Assembly: GCF_021869535.1 (NCBI RefSeq)
Contig: NW_026262712.1
Coordinates: 31,124,001 to 31,188,000 of the forward strand
DNA from: Mytilus californianus
Taxonomy: Eukaryota
Direction: 5' to 3'
Length of the DNA: 64,000 nucleotides
The notes under the pieces were generated by a model. The model worked only from the letters and a program-made list of their open reading frames with translations, was not told the origin of the DNA and did no database searches. Shown piece by piece: positions 48,796 to 62,797 of the stretch. A program made the position numbers and the translations under genes. The stretch's first letter is position 1. The number at the start of each line of letters is the position of its first letter.

Positions 48796-49804
48796 ATGCT
48801 AATTACAAAAAAATAACACAATCTGCCATTTTAAATCTTTACATAATTTGTTACATGTATTAAGTTCTGGATAATGTCATTGACAAACTTTCAAGGGAAT
48901 AACTAATCCAGTTACCGGTAACCAAATCCAAAATTGACGGTTGCAACTCTTCAAATATAGTACTGTTATTCCTATTTTAATGCAATCCTCAAAATGTTCA
49001 AAATTCTACATTCTACATTCAACATTTCAAATATCCCGTAAACATCGATTGCGATTGCGCATTGTTGTTGTCAATGACTCCGACGATGAACCTTGGAATG
49101 GATGACGTCTGTCATTAAATCAAAATTGTCATTACATGGCAAATTGCATTAGAATAATTAATAATGCAGTTAGTCAAATTTCTTTTTAAATATTTTACGA
49201 TTTTGTAAAAATAAGACAATATATAAATTCTACTAAATCAGTTAATTTTTTTTAATTCTTGTTTCTAATCATAATGATGTATGAGTTTGAGGAAGAGTCT
49301 CTTCGCTTAGTTTAACGGCATTGCTCACAAACTGTTTATTATGAAATGTTTGGCGTGTATATAGACGTAACTCATACAAATACGTCTGAAAAGCGGACAT
49401 ATATCAAATATTCGATTGCATTTTTGTAGGATCCTTATTATTGACCAATTTATGAAAGCAAGGCTATTTTCTTGTGTGTGCGTCGGTCGACCGTCAGGTC
49501 GTTCGTTCCGTTCCAAGTTTAAAATTTTTGAAATTATATACCAAATATCTCTGCAAAAATTAAAATAACAAAAAAACCGAACTCTAAAGAAAATTCGAAA
49601 CGGAATGTCCTTTATCAAATAGCAAAATCAAAAGCTCAAACACACAAACGAAAGGAAACCAACTGTTATATTACTGACTTGGTACAGGCATTTCCTTCTG
49701 CACAAAAAGATTGATTACATTTAGTTGTATAGTTACCTAAACCTCTCACTTGTATTTCAGTCATAATTATATTGACAACAATGTGTGAGACAAACATAAA
49801 GCTT

Positions 49805-50290
49805 GGAAATCACTATGTGATCCGTGTAAACTCATCGAACCTTTAAACAAACTTAATAATAAGGATTATCTTACTAATGTTGTAATATGATCTTTGAATA
49901 TTGTTGACATTGGCGGAAATATCGATTTTGTCATCAACAAATTAAAACATAACTTATTTTGTATTCTTATCGAATGGGTTTTTTGGATGTATAAATACAC
50001 ATCCACGTTCATTTTCTATATAGATATTGCTTTATCTATATTTAACATTATACATATTTATTATAATGTTAAATCCAACTTATCCTACTGCCTGTCTTTA
50101 CTTTTATTTTGGCATTGACCAAGTCATGTCTTCTTTGTCTGTCCATGGCGTTAAAACACTAAATCCCTGGGGTGTGTTTTAGTGAATTTTAGTCTCTGAT
50201 GCATGAATTTTTTATTATTAATTGTTTTTTGGCTTTTAACTAGCTTTCAGTAACTGCGAGTACTCTCAAATTGTACTTTCATGTTAATTT
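49805..50290 (+). mobile_element. Second copy of the Penelope-like 3' region seen at 17120..17460
   Basis: Shared ggaaatcact..tgatccgtgt.aactcat, ttgtcatcaacaaattaa, cctactgcctgtc and actaaatccc.ggg blocks. Confidence 0.55.
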
Positions 50291-50621
50291 GACCTGTTAC
50301 ACAATTTGTAATGCACCTTTATTATTCAATGTTTACTTATTTCGTGTTATATCTCGTCTAACTATTTTTAATATGTAACATCTCAAGTATTTAGAATGAG
50401 AATAAATTTTCACTGCTGTTCTCGTACTATGACCAACACATTTATTTATCTTGTAAAAAATATCTCCGTACTCTTAACATCAAAATTAGCATACTTAAAT
50501 GTACATGTGAACGTTATTTTATTTAACGCCATTTTGTCCAAGGTTATAGTTTTCTTTTTGACATTGTGTAATAGATATTTGTTCAGTGTATGTTTACCTG
50601 TGTTTGTTACACTAGTATGTC

Positions 50622-50968
50622 AGGTTAGGGTGAAGGTTGGCACCTGTTAAAACGTTTAAACCCGCTGCATTTGTTTGCACCTGTCCTAAGTCAGGAACCT
50701 GTTTCAGTGGTTGTCGTTTGTTGATGTGGTTCTTACACGGATCACATAGTGTTTCTCGTTTCTCGTTTATATATATTAGACCGCTGGTTTTCCTGTTTGA
50801 ATTGTTTTACACTAGTCATTTTGGGGCCCTTTAAAGCTTGCTGTTCGGTGTGAGCCAAGGTTCCTTGATGAAGGCCATACTTTGACCTATAGTTGTTTAC
50901 TTTTACACATAGTGACTTGGATAGAGAGTTGTCTCATTGGCACTCATACCAGATCTTCTTATATCTAC
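50622..50968 (-). repeat. Interspersed repeat family B
   Basis: Reverse complement match to 39746..40085. Confidence 0.85.
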
Positions 50969-52992
50969 ATAATAGGTAAAAATGTCCACAATTTGAGGTA
51001 TCAGAAAGTACGAACAAAGATTGGTCGGTCCGCAGTCAGAATAATGTGTCCGGGTAGGGTGACTTGACTTCCTGTAAACTATTACCATGTGAAGACCTAC
51101 ATGTACATGTAGCACGTTAAAAACTTTTGATCAGTGTACCGGGTTAATATTAATCTTTTCTTCCTGAATATGCATGTTCATATTACATGTGTAATGAACA
51201 TGTATGGTCCTACATCCTGTTGATACTTATGTTTTAGCTTTGCACAATGTTGTGATCTTCTACACTTCATTGGGAATAAAAACATTGAAACGGAATAGAT
51301 AAGCATGCCATTTTGACTTCATTACACATCGAAGTCTGATTATTTTATTTTTTCTTTGTTTCTTACTTATGACACATGCATTTAGTCGATAACTTCTATC
51401 ATCGTGTGGTCAAATGTGGAGAGTTGAATCATTGCCAGTCATACCATATTTTCTTATTTTTATTACCTCAATGATGTTTACAATAGACACAAATTCGGTG
51501 ACTTCCTTTGTATTGTTTATAAATGAAATGTATGAAATGGTATAAGTTAATGTAATTCAAAGAATATATAATATGTCGCCTTGAACTGTCTTTTGTAATA
51601 GAATTTTAAACTGTCACTTCCCATTAAACAAAAGATAAAAAACTATACTTAATTGAACACATATTCTAAAATACAACCTATGCATGAAATGTTTCATCTA
51701 TACATTTTATAATAAATGGAAAATACGTTCATTTAGAAATTAAATGGAAGCGATAGCTTTTATCTCAATTTTTAAGAGACAAATTTTGACAAACAGTGAT
51801 GAACTTGTCAGAAAAAATATCCTTTTTCAAAATATTAACCCCACAAAAGATATGTATTAATAGATAAATTGATAAAGAATGTAAAAACATCGGATAATGA
51901 AATATGAGGTAAAACATAGAATAATAATGTGTTCATATGCATAACATATTGAAAAACAATCGACATAATCAAAGCCATGAACGATAACTCCAATCTATCG
52001 TATGATAGGTAACTGATACTTGTTTATACGTGATTTAATGTCAGTGAAAATTAAGGCGAGAATTTGAAGAACCACGTAATAACAAAAAAAAAAAAAAAAA
52101 AAAAATTCGAGTGTTTGATTTTTGATAAAATTTGAAATACTTTGTTTAAACTGGAAATACGTATTTGAAAAAAAAAAATGAATAGGTTGACAAAAACCGT
52201 TTCCTATAGTTAAATACGTCGAGCTATGTACGTATGTCATTTTATTTGAAGTCTCTATTAACATATATGATTCCACAGATAATAGAACTTTTCAAATATT
52301 AAAACAAAATAAGAAATGTTTCCATTGAACGCCATACCTCGCTCGAATTATCACTATTCTACGTTCAGTGAGCCGGAAAAAATTTGATAATATCCGAATG
52401 TAGTATATTGTTGTAAGAGTTCACATATAATTGGATATGCGTACTACGTTGTAAGTTCCTTTGGCTGCAACTTCATAGTGATCCATCTTAAATTAAAGTT
52501 AAAGCCTGATTTGAGACACACTAACATACTGACTACAAGGAAAACTAATAAGATAATGCACAAACAAGAAATATAATGCACCCTTTCTCACATAGGCGGG
52601 GCAAAGTAACTGTTGGTAGATATCAAAACACATATGTGCATATATTTTGTAGACTTTTGTATAACTGAAACGCGCTCGATTGAAGTGTTGTTTTCCGACG
52701 TCAGGTATCGTCAGTTGATAAGTTTAAATATCTGGGACAACAAAGGTACGAAGGTGTTTCTGAAACATTATTTCTAGTTGGACCTGATATAGAATATTGT
52801 GTTATTAAATGCATGTGCATAATGTCTGTATAGAAACAACATCATCTTTAGAAAGGTTTCTTCTTCTATGGAAATCTATTTCAACCTGACATTCCGAAAA
52901 AAACAAATTATTCTGCGTCAAAGTAGTTTACAGTCCGCTAGTATGTGTATTTTAGTCTAACACAGTCATTTTGATCTTAACAGCATCTGAAA

Positions 52993-53275
52993 AGTCATCT
53001 TGCAGTCAATTTTCAGACTTATCCACTGCGGTAAACTCAGTACTGTTCAGACAATTTGCTTGCAGTTGATTTAGTACTGTCAATTAGCTTTTTAGAGATT
53101 CAGTATGACGTTAGTGTGTTAAAGTAAATAACAAGGACCGAACATTCTGGACATAGACTGAACAGATCTGAATTGACTGCAAGCTTAAGCTTATTGTCTA
53201 AACAGTACTAGTACTAAATTTATCGCTGTGGTTAAGTCAGAAAATTGACCGAAAGACTGAACATGACATAAATAT
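52993..53275. mobile_element. Degenerate inverted-repeat (MITE-like) element
   Basis: Arms of about 80 bp (gtcaattttcagacttatccactgcg..agtactgttcagacaat..gcttgcagt and its reverse complement) around a spacer of about 90 bp. Confidence 0.55.
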
Positions 53276-54360
53276 TTATTTTTCAGTCTTTCTATAAAAG
53301 AGCTGTTCAGATTAATATCACGCCGATAAATATTTGATCTTATTTAATAAGGGTATTAGTTACGTCAGTGGTTATTTTTTGATTGAATTTCGGACTTAAT
53401 TGTTGAGGCTAAAGCTATCATGTATTCAATCGTAGAAATAAAATGCTGCAAGGACAACGTCTTTATCACTTCAACACAATCTTCAAAATGTCAACATCAG
53501 AAGAAAACAAATACAAAAGTGTTCACCTAGCACAGAAAAAAAAAGTCACAACAATTATCAGTGGAAAATATTCCTAAGTGGCACAAATGCGTTTAAATAG
53601 AACCTATTCGTTCCGACTGCCCACTTTTGTTCTGGTGGCACAAATGCATGCATGTGTGACACATATTTGCAGTTGCCAAACATGCGTTTAGGTAATACGC
53701 TTGCGTTTAGATGGTACAAACACGTATACCAAGAACAGGTCAACTATTACAAGTGGTAAATTCCATCTAGTGTCAAACGGGAAACATTTTCATTAATATA
53801 AAAAATCTCACTATTTGGCACACTGGCCAACAAAAACATCATACATTTATATTGATATATATTTTTTTTCAATTGAATATATTCCGACTAAACATGCTAA
53901 ACATAGACACCTCTCTATAACAAAATGTACGTTATACATACATTAACTTATCTCTACACTACACAATGATTATAAAGTGTTCTGTTCGATTCATGTCGGT
54001 TGCTGTACCTTATTATCTACATTTGATATCTTATATTGACTATAGCTTCGTCAGCATGAAATATGTTTTGAGATATATATATAAATTTGAATCTACTTAA
54101 TTGACTACATATGTCATGTTCTTATCTCATTGTAGCAAAAAATAGTGTGAATCAATTTGATTGGTTGATTGTTTTAAACGTCACATTTAGCACTTTTGTG
54201 CTATTTCGTGGCGGTCAGTTTTCATTTGTGGATGAAGCCAGAGTGTCCGTAGAGAATCACCGATATCCAGTAACAAAACTGACAATCCTAGTCGATAACG
54301 ATTGGTGTCGAGCGCACCTGCAACGTGCGGGCTTCAATTTTATGTCTTAACAACTACATC

Positions 54361-54366
54361 AATAAC

Positions 54367-54404
<38 letters not shown>
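54361..54404. repeat. (AAT)n microsatellite
   Basis: Direct reading; abuts the 3' end of the HINE-like element. Confidence 0.9.
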
Positions 54405-54405
<1 letters not shown>

Positions 54406-56075
54406 TAAAAACCAATTGTTCAGAGAACAATTGAAGGTCTTTCCACATCAATTTTCTAAATAATTAATGAGAAGCTAATTCTGGTTTACTCAAAGCTACT
54501 ATTGGCGTCCAATCATAGGTTTCTTCATACTGATTCAATAAACATATGGTTTCTATAGACTTTTGCCTGAAATAAGGGAGATAATTGTCAACTTCCGGTT
54601 TAGAAGATGTCACTTCCGGTCTCATATGATAGCTTTATTTACACTGATTCCAAAAATTAATGGTTTATATATACTATTGCCTGTAAAAAGGGAGATAATT
54701 GGCTACTTCCTGTTTAGAAAATGTCACTTCCGGTTTCATATGATAGCTTTATTTACACTGATTTCAAAAATATATGATTTACATATACCTTTGCCTGTAA
54801 AAAAGAAGATAATTGGCTACTTCCGGTTTAGAAAATGTCACTTCCGGTCTCATATGATAGCTTTATTTACACTGATTCCAAAAATATATGGTTTATAAAT
54901 ACTTTTGCCTGTAAAAAGGGAGATAATTGGCTACTTCCGGTTAAGAAAATGTTACTTCCGGTTTCATATGATAGCTTTATTTACACTGATTCCGAAAATA
55001 TATGGTTTATATATACCTTTGCCTGTAAAAAAGAAGATAATTGGCTACTTCCGGTTTAGAAAATGTCACTTCCGGTCTCATATGATAGCTTTATTTACAC
55101 TGATTCCAAAAATATATGGTTTATATATACTTATGCCTGTAATAAGGGAGATAATATGCTACTTCCGGTTTGTAGAATATCACTTCCGGTCTCAAATGAT
55201 AGATTAATGTATGACCATTCAAAAAATATATGGTTTCTATGTACTTTTACATGAAGTAAGTACAAAAATGACTACTTCCGGTTCACTCAAGGTCACTTCC
55301 GGTTGACATTTTTCAAGGTCATATGTCACCCAACATTTTGCAAAAGATCTTATGGCTTTATCATGTACCAATATGAAGTAATAATCAATTTACCTTAAAA
55401 TAAAACATTTCAGGGGCAATAACTCCAATAAGATGTCGCTGGACTGTCTCAGACCAAATGTATCATATCTTCATCACAATATAACAAACATTTTGCACTA
55501 GTTCTTTTATATAAAACATTAAAAAATATCGAAGAAAATGCAAAAACAAGCAAAAGACAAAATTCAGAACATGACCTTGACCTTTGACCTTGACCTCATT
55601 TTCTAAGTTAGGATCCAGGGGTCTCAAATAAAAACATTCCTGGGTTATACAGTTAACAGTTGATTAGTTGAAAACACATACCGACAAATTTATTGTGTTA
55701 AGGTAGATAACTCCTATAAAATTTCATCGAATCGCTTCGATCAAAATTAGCCAAAAATTCCTGAGAATGTAACGAGCAATTTGTAAAAAGAATTTTGTCG
55801 ATATCTTTTTTTGTTACGAAGGAGATGCACACAGATGATAAACAGTGAATAGGGAGATAACTCTTGCAAAGAAAACGGTTCGGCTTAGCAGGGTGAAATT
55901 TAAAAGCGCATGAACTATACGATACAATATGAGAAATATATAAGCGACATATTGCGAAACAAACATTTTTCGCAAGAACAAAATTTGGCGGAAGAAAAAA
56001 AAAAAAAAATTAATAATAATAATAATCAGAACAAATACAATAGGTCTTTCCACAGAAAAGTGGAAAGACCTAATA
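54406..56075 (-). mobile_element. Helentron-associated non-autonomous element (HINE-like) with a central tandem array
   Basis: 5' stem-loop TAGGTCTTTCCAC/GTGGAAAGACCTA (56041..56072), (TTA)n, a 114-bp array, second subTIR (54435..54446), 3' palindrome CAATTGTTC-AGA-GAACAATTG (54413..54433), then a T-run. Confidence 0.75.
54566..55250. repeat. Tandem repeat, 114-bp unit x6
   Basis: Units start at 54566, 54680, 54794, 54908, 55022 and 55136. Confidence 0.95.
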
Positions 56076-59000
56076 ATATCAATAAATAAAGAAAAAACAG
56101 TAGACATGTTTTAGATTTTATATTTTATAAAAGTATTTAGAACGTAAACCATGGATATATTAGCAATCTCAAACGTTCGGCAGTATCAAGTCAATCAAAC
56201 ATACTGTATAAGCAAAGTCAACGTAGATGTAGTTTTCTTCACAATGTGAACAAAGTAAAATAACGAAAATACCGAACTCGAAGGAAAATTCAAAACGGAA
56301 AGTCCTGGATCAAAGACCACAATCAAAAGCTCAAACACATTTAACGAATAGAAAACAATTGTCATGTTCATGGCTTGTTACAGGAGGCATTTCCTTATGA
56401 AGAAATTGGTGGATAAATGAGCTGCAAGTGTATCACTTATAGAAACTTAAAAAGAGATAACATTATAATCAATAAAACCATACTACTAAGACACGTACCC
56501 TTAGCCCCAAAAACATGTTCAATATATTGAAACGAGTTTCTGATTTTAGAATACGAATTACCGTATTTTATTTATTTATTTTAAAACCAAATTCAAAAAT
56601 ATGTACAGCAAATAGCAATTAACGTATATCTTCTAAGTAATACATTGCAATACACACCTGGTAATAGTTAGCCATCATGCTATCATGTGGTTCTTCAATA
56701 CAAGTTTAAAGGTATTGGCAAGTTCGCAGCAATCAGTCCGTTTCTGAATGGTTGATCTAACTGATTGCAATGTGGACGAGTTTCTCATAAACGAATCATT
56801 TTTCTTCAACAAACAGACTTATAAGGAAATCATAATTGTTTTGATTGATGGATTTATACTTCCAGGCCAGATACTTAAATATAACATTTATATATAACTA
56901 TGTTGGCATAACAAGTACATGAATAACCTGCCCAAGTGTATTTCAATCATAATTGACATTCAAGTAAGTCTGACAACTTTTTGATTAACCTGGTTATTAC
57001 TTTTTGATATAAAAATGATTTTTTATATCAAATGTTCTGAATATAAAAAGTTTTTTATATGTATGGAAACAAAGATCGAATAAACGTCGATAATGCAGGA
57101 ATACAATATTTAATTATTAATGTGTCTGGATTACCAAAACGGATTATGCATGCATAGTAGGAAGCGTTTATCAGCATCGTTACCCTTTCAAACAATTCCA
57201 ATTGATATTCTCTATTAGTGTTTATATTTCTATTGGTGCTTTTTGTAAGATTTGTGTGCACATACACAGCTGGTATCGAGTTAATAGATAGTTTAACATG
57301 AGTATAATGTAAAAACTAATATTATAAACATATAAGTATGGATGGCTTGCATTTCTTTATTTACAAGGAAGACTAAGTTCCGTTTTTGCATGTCTAGTTT
57401 TTAAACAAATAAAACATGTTTTGGTGTCAGTATAAATGTTTGAAATATAACAAGAAGGTTTGATCGTGAACATGTTGTGATGACATTTACAGACATACAT
57501 GGTACCAAATCAAAGCTTAAATAATGATTAAAGATGTAATAGATATATGTAAATGCAATATACTATTTGTTTTGCTTTTTTCAAACTTCATGTCTTTCCC
57601 CCCAAAAAATGTTTAAAGATTGAAAACTTTTTTATCTACTTATTTACCATTTTTTTCACGCACATTACGAATTTCACGAATATAAAAAGGCATATCTAGC
57701 AAATAGACAATTCCAACAGTTAAAGGAATAATGATTCTACGGCCACACTTTGAAAGTTTATAGGGCAGTTTTTCTATATTTTTAGTAAAGTTATTTCAAT
57801 TGGACAAATCCTTTTCCACTATTTCAAATGGACTTAGACTATTACAAAAGTTTATGCACAATGCTAATTTGAGGAATAGGGGAATGTAGTTACTAGTCAA
57901 TATTATGCATCAATACCAACTGAACAATACATGATTCTTTTATGTAAGTTTTTTTTTGTGATATCTAGAACTCGAATCTTCGTTAATCATAAATTACCAA
58001 ATGGTTTTGTCAAAACAAATCTATAAGCTAACCAAACCGAAACAAATGTAACGCAAAATGTAAAGAAAATCACAATAGAAATTCAAGAAATATTAATATA
58101 AAACGTATGAAAATATACTTCAGAAAAAACAAATATCAAAAACTTATTTTGATATATATTTTCGAACATTTTGTCAGGCAGTAGATCATGTAAATTGTAA
58201 TTTGCCCGAATTAAATGTTTACCGTCTCAAACGTGTCATACTTGCTGACACTATATTAAATTAGCATAAAAGGTTCAATATCCCTTCGTTCAAGGTGTGT
58301 TAACATCGTGGCCAGATTAAGGATGTTGACATATCTCTGTAAAGAAATAGGAAGAGAAAAATCAAATGTCATTTTTATCCCCGCACAACATATGTTTCTT
58401 GAAAAAGATATCAGACAAACTGTCATAAATAGAAAAAAAAGGATAGTGCAACGTTATCAAACCTTCTTAGAAAACTTATAATGTGTTTTAATGTGTAGCA
58501 CGTCAGTCTTCGTTAAAATAGTAATCATGACAATGAACTGGTTAACTCAGGTAATTACATATAATCCTCCGAACACCGCTAAATTGGTACTTTTTCATAA
58601 ATTAAAATATGAAAATTGACCAGAAAAACAAATCAAAGGCAATAGGTATGACAAAAACAATGAACTATAGAATAATGTGTGTAAGCTGTTTCTAGTATAT
58701 TTCTATGAGCTATTAAGGATAAAATATGTTTTGAATATATTTCAGCTAAGGATTTTTTCTAGATTTCTTTTTTATAATAGCTAGTTGCTGCTTCTTTGTA
58801 TTTGAACCTTCTGAGCAGTCCAAATTTACCATTAAAGTTTTAAAATCCAGAAGTCAATGTACTTAAATTTGTAATGAACAGCCAATGAAACAGTCAATGA
58901 TTTGAACGTATTTTTTGTGTGTTTTTGTTCATGTTTCATCACAGTTTATCTCCATAAATTTATTCTGACGTAAACGAGAAATTTTTAATGCAATTCAAAT

Positions 59001-62000
59001 ACAATGGACATGCAGAGTTTTGTTAAAAGTTGATGCAATATTATCTAAATCTCATATTTGTACATGTATTTCCATTTGTAGTTTTGTTCATAATTTTTGA
59101 AAATTCATCATCAGCATCTAAGAGTCTTATATATTGTTTAAGTATGCATATTGTCTATGGATTTATTCCTGTTAAAGTGAAAATAGAATCAAGGCGTCCA
59201 AATGATTAATTTCCACCATAGATATGTTGCAGTCAAATTCATATAATTTGAGAATGCTCTTGGTACGTCATGTTGAATAAATTTTGGCACAATATTGCAA
59301 AAAAAAAAAAAGGTTTAAACATTTATTTGGGGACTAGGTTTTATCTATAAGGGGACAATATCATCGTGACTCTTGTTAACGAGTGAGGGTCATATCCCAT
59401 CTCAAGTCTCAATAACTGAGTATCTTACAAATAAGGTCTTAAATACAGATTGAGATTTTGTAAAGAAGAAATATAGGAAGAAAAAAAAAAAACACAACAG
59501 ACTATGCAAACAACAGAAACCAAACGTAAAGAGAAAAAAATCACCCCCCCCCCCCCTAAAAAAAAGGCAATATAAAATTAGCACAACGATTAAGCCCCTA
59601 AATGGGTGTGAGATCATGTGCCTCGAACTAGTACTCAGTTCCTGCCCCATTAGTTCTACCCATCTTTTGCTCATTACAATTTCATTCTATTTGTGCTATA
59701 ATTCGCATTCGATGATGTTACATTAACGAAAATATAATGTCCTGGTCAACAAGGCCTAAGAAGGCAACATTATCGTACTTGTATTTTAACAGTCGTCCAA
59801 ATAATAATGACGTCCCAAAAACTTTCAAAATGGTGGCGTCAATTTATACACTAGGAACCTTTGGTTTCTATATTTCTTTGTATGAATTGATTCTCTATAA
59901 ATTAATATATATATATATAATCAGAAACACCAAAACCCGGAACAATATATTATATCTGCCTCATGCGATACTGAAACTTTATCTCACATAATTGAAAATT
60001 TCAAAATTGGCATAGCGTAATCAGGAATTTGGTCATAACGCTGAGTATTACACCGACAAGTTTTTATAAGGTTAAAGATTTATAAGTCAAATATTGAAGC
60101 AGACAGTACATTTGGTTTTCTATTTATTTCAATATCAACGGGATATATGTACTTGTTACCAACATTGTCACGAAATTTTGAATCATTATGCAAGAGACAT
60201 CATATAATTAATACAAGAGCATAAAGTAAAAGAACGCCGTCAGTTTTTGTTCGTCGGGTGGTCTTGTATGAAGCCTGCCGCATGCGATAACAAAACAAGG
60301 TGTCACAAAGAGCATTATAGACTTACTGTTGAAAAACGCGCCCATTAAACAGAATTAAAGAGTTGTAATACAACATAACAAAAACATAATTTTGGAGGTG
60401 CTGTTAATCCACTGCAATATTTGCGCTTTACTGTCTGTCGTCTATTTTTATTCTACAATGTACAGGTAACATATTATATAACTGTAATTTTCATCAAATA
60501 TCTACTCATTATGTTATGATTATCTTCATTCATTGGAACTAACATTTTAGTGTATAAAATAGTTTACAGTAACCATTTGAATACCGTAGAACCTGCGATC
60601 ATCCCAGGTTATTGATGAGGTTCGTGTTTTCTTTTCTTTCTAAAAAGAATTTTGTTACTTGATTATTACTTTTCTGGGGGTGGGGGAGGGGTTTCATGGC
60701 GTTGTCAGTTTGTCTTCGAGTCATGAATTTGATTATCTCTTTGATATCTCCCAAGTCTCATTTTGAATAGTATGATTTCTGAAAGAGCTGCCCAATATAT
60801 TACTCGACTTGGTAATTTTGACATTTTCCCATGAATGTTTGACTTTGATCAGATTATACTGTTTCTTATCATTCGCATATTATGACAAATACAGACGTTC
60901 TATCGGTTTGAATACAGACATGTAATATGAGTTTAAATAAAGTCATGTTCACACCATGCAAACGTCCCGTACTGAAAACCTGTTTATAATTAGTTACGTG
61001 TAATGAACACTGGTTTTACATTAAATCTGTACATCGAAATTAATTACCTGAACATAAAATTTTTCACACCAGTAAACAGCAAGTACACGTAATTTACATG
61101 TACATTACATATAATTGAATTAAACATTTGTATCAGTTAGGCGCAGACCTGTTCACTTTTTTTCTTATTTTTCTATGGAGTGGGGGGATGAATTGTTTGA
61201 ATAATGTACATATTTTTATAAAGGAAAAATCTATTTGTTTCAGAAGTGAATTGAGACAAATTGTTTGATTCCATTGAAAAATGCTCCTGTCTGTAATTGA
61301 AAATTTTATATTTTTATTAAATTAAAAGTAATAAACCAAAAACTTTTTCCTACGAAGTTGAATGGTCGGTACGTAAACGATATCATTCTATTGATTTGGA
61401 GAACTTTGAGATTTCTTTAAACGTCACGATAAATCTGGCTAAAACAGTGTTACAATATGCAAAAGAAGAATTTTGAAAATGATTGATTGATTGCTTAACG
61501 ACCAGTGGCAAATATTTCATCTATTTTCAGGACGATGATAAATTCAAAATAAATACAATATGTAGGTATTGTAAAAGAGTACTAAGTCTTGTACATTCCG
61601 CATAGTTCAATGTGAACACGGCCTAAGACACTTTCAATAATATACAAACTAGTTAAAGCTTGAAAGATCAAACGGTCGGTGTCAACATTTATATATATAT
61701 ATATATATATTGCCATGTCACTGCACAACCTCCAACATGGACAAAACATCCAAACCATAAAGGATACTCTTGAAGATGCAAGTAATTGATCGTCGCAAAC
61801 AAAATATGAAAATTCACTCAATACTACTTATGTTTTGTTCAGTTAAAACAAACAAAAAACTCAACGGAACACTGTTTTTTTATATAAACTACAGGCTTGT
61901 GCATGTTTGAATTTACATTATATATAACGATAGGTGAAGGTCCGGGAACACTGTTGTCGTCCTTAGTGTGGATAGAACAGCTTCCAATTGCTTTTGAGCA

Positions 62001-62454
62001 TTTCCATATGCTCAGGTCAATGTGTATTTCAGATAAGCCAAATTTATAAAATAAGAAAGTTGGTATCCTATTCTTGTTTGGTATTCAAACTCAACACAAT
62101 AAGGTATTTAAACAAATAAGAATATATTTCTTCTGTTATTATGCACATCTACATAGGTATCCGAATTCGGAAAAGAAGAAATTATCACATATTTCTGAAA
62201 CTGATACCAGTTTTTTTTAAATTACAATAAAAATTCTTATCTGAAATCGGATAAAGGTGTTATATACAAATTCACCTTAGATGTTATCCGAATTCCGATT
62301 AGAATATGAATTGTTTCCACTGAGCAATGTTTTTTCTCATTATATTGATTCTTTATTCGAAAAGATATATCTACTATACAAATAAATGGAAGAACATACA
62401 GGACAGAGAAACACACAAAAAATAATACAATAGAACATTACGACAAGTTAATAG

Positions 62455-62720
62455 TTATCTAAGGTGCCAGGCCTAAAGATGAAGAGCATTGGTGACCCAG
62501 AATTCCAAAAAGTTGTGCCAGATACGGCTTGGTAATCTGGCTGGAATAAGAAAATATTGAGTATTTAGAATAATTCATATTTTTGCAAACAGTAAATTTA
62601 TAAAACATAAAAATGACCATATAATTGATATACATGTTAACACCGAAGTGGTGACTAACCTTATAAGATAGCTTGAAATTGTTGAATGTCATAAAGTACC
62701 TAACATCCACGTTTGTCTTT
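62455..62720 (-). mobile_element. Truncated copy of the 2398..2590 repeat family (ribozyme part absent)
   Basis: Reverse complement shares gattacc..agccgtat.tggcacaac...tttt.ggg...aatgctcttca with 2420..2470. Confidence 0.45.
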
Positions 62721-62797
62721 TCCTCTAATAACAAAATATATGATCAAACGCTGCTCAAATGATGGTTAGTAGCTCCTTCAGAAGTCCCGACCCACTT

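Noticed and set aside
54563-55254. ORFs with 38-aa repeats (PVKREIIGYFRFRKCHFRSHM...)
   Set aside because: By-product of a 114-bp unit (a multiple of 3) inside a HINE-like element; starts are mostly non-ATG and the frames overlap.
56640-56830. Possible minus-strand terminal exon (..RNSSTLQSVRSTIQKRTDCCELANTFK..)
   Set aside because: No partner exons or domain signature found; cannot support it without transcript data.
61930-62050. GC-richer stretch open in several frames (GEGPGTLLSSLVWIEQLP...)
   Set aside because: Short, no recognisable motif, and no consistent acceptor/donor pair.
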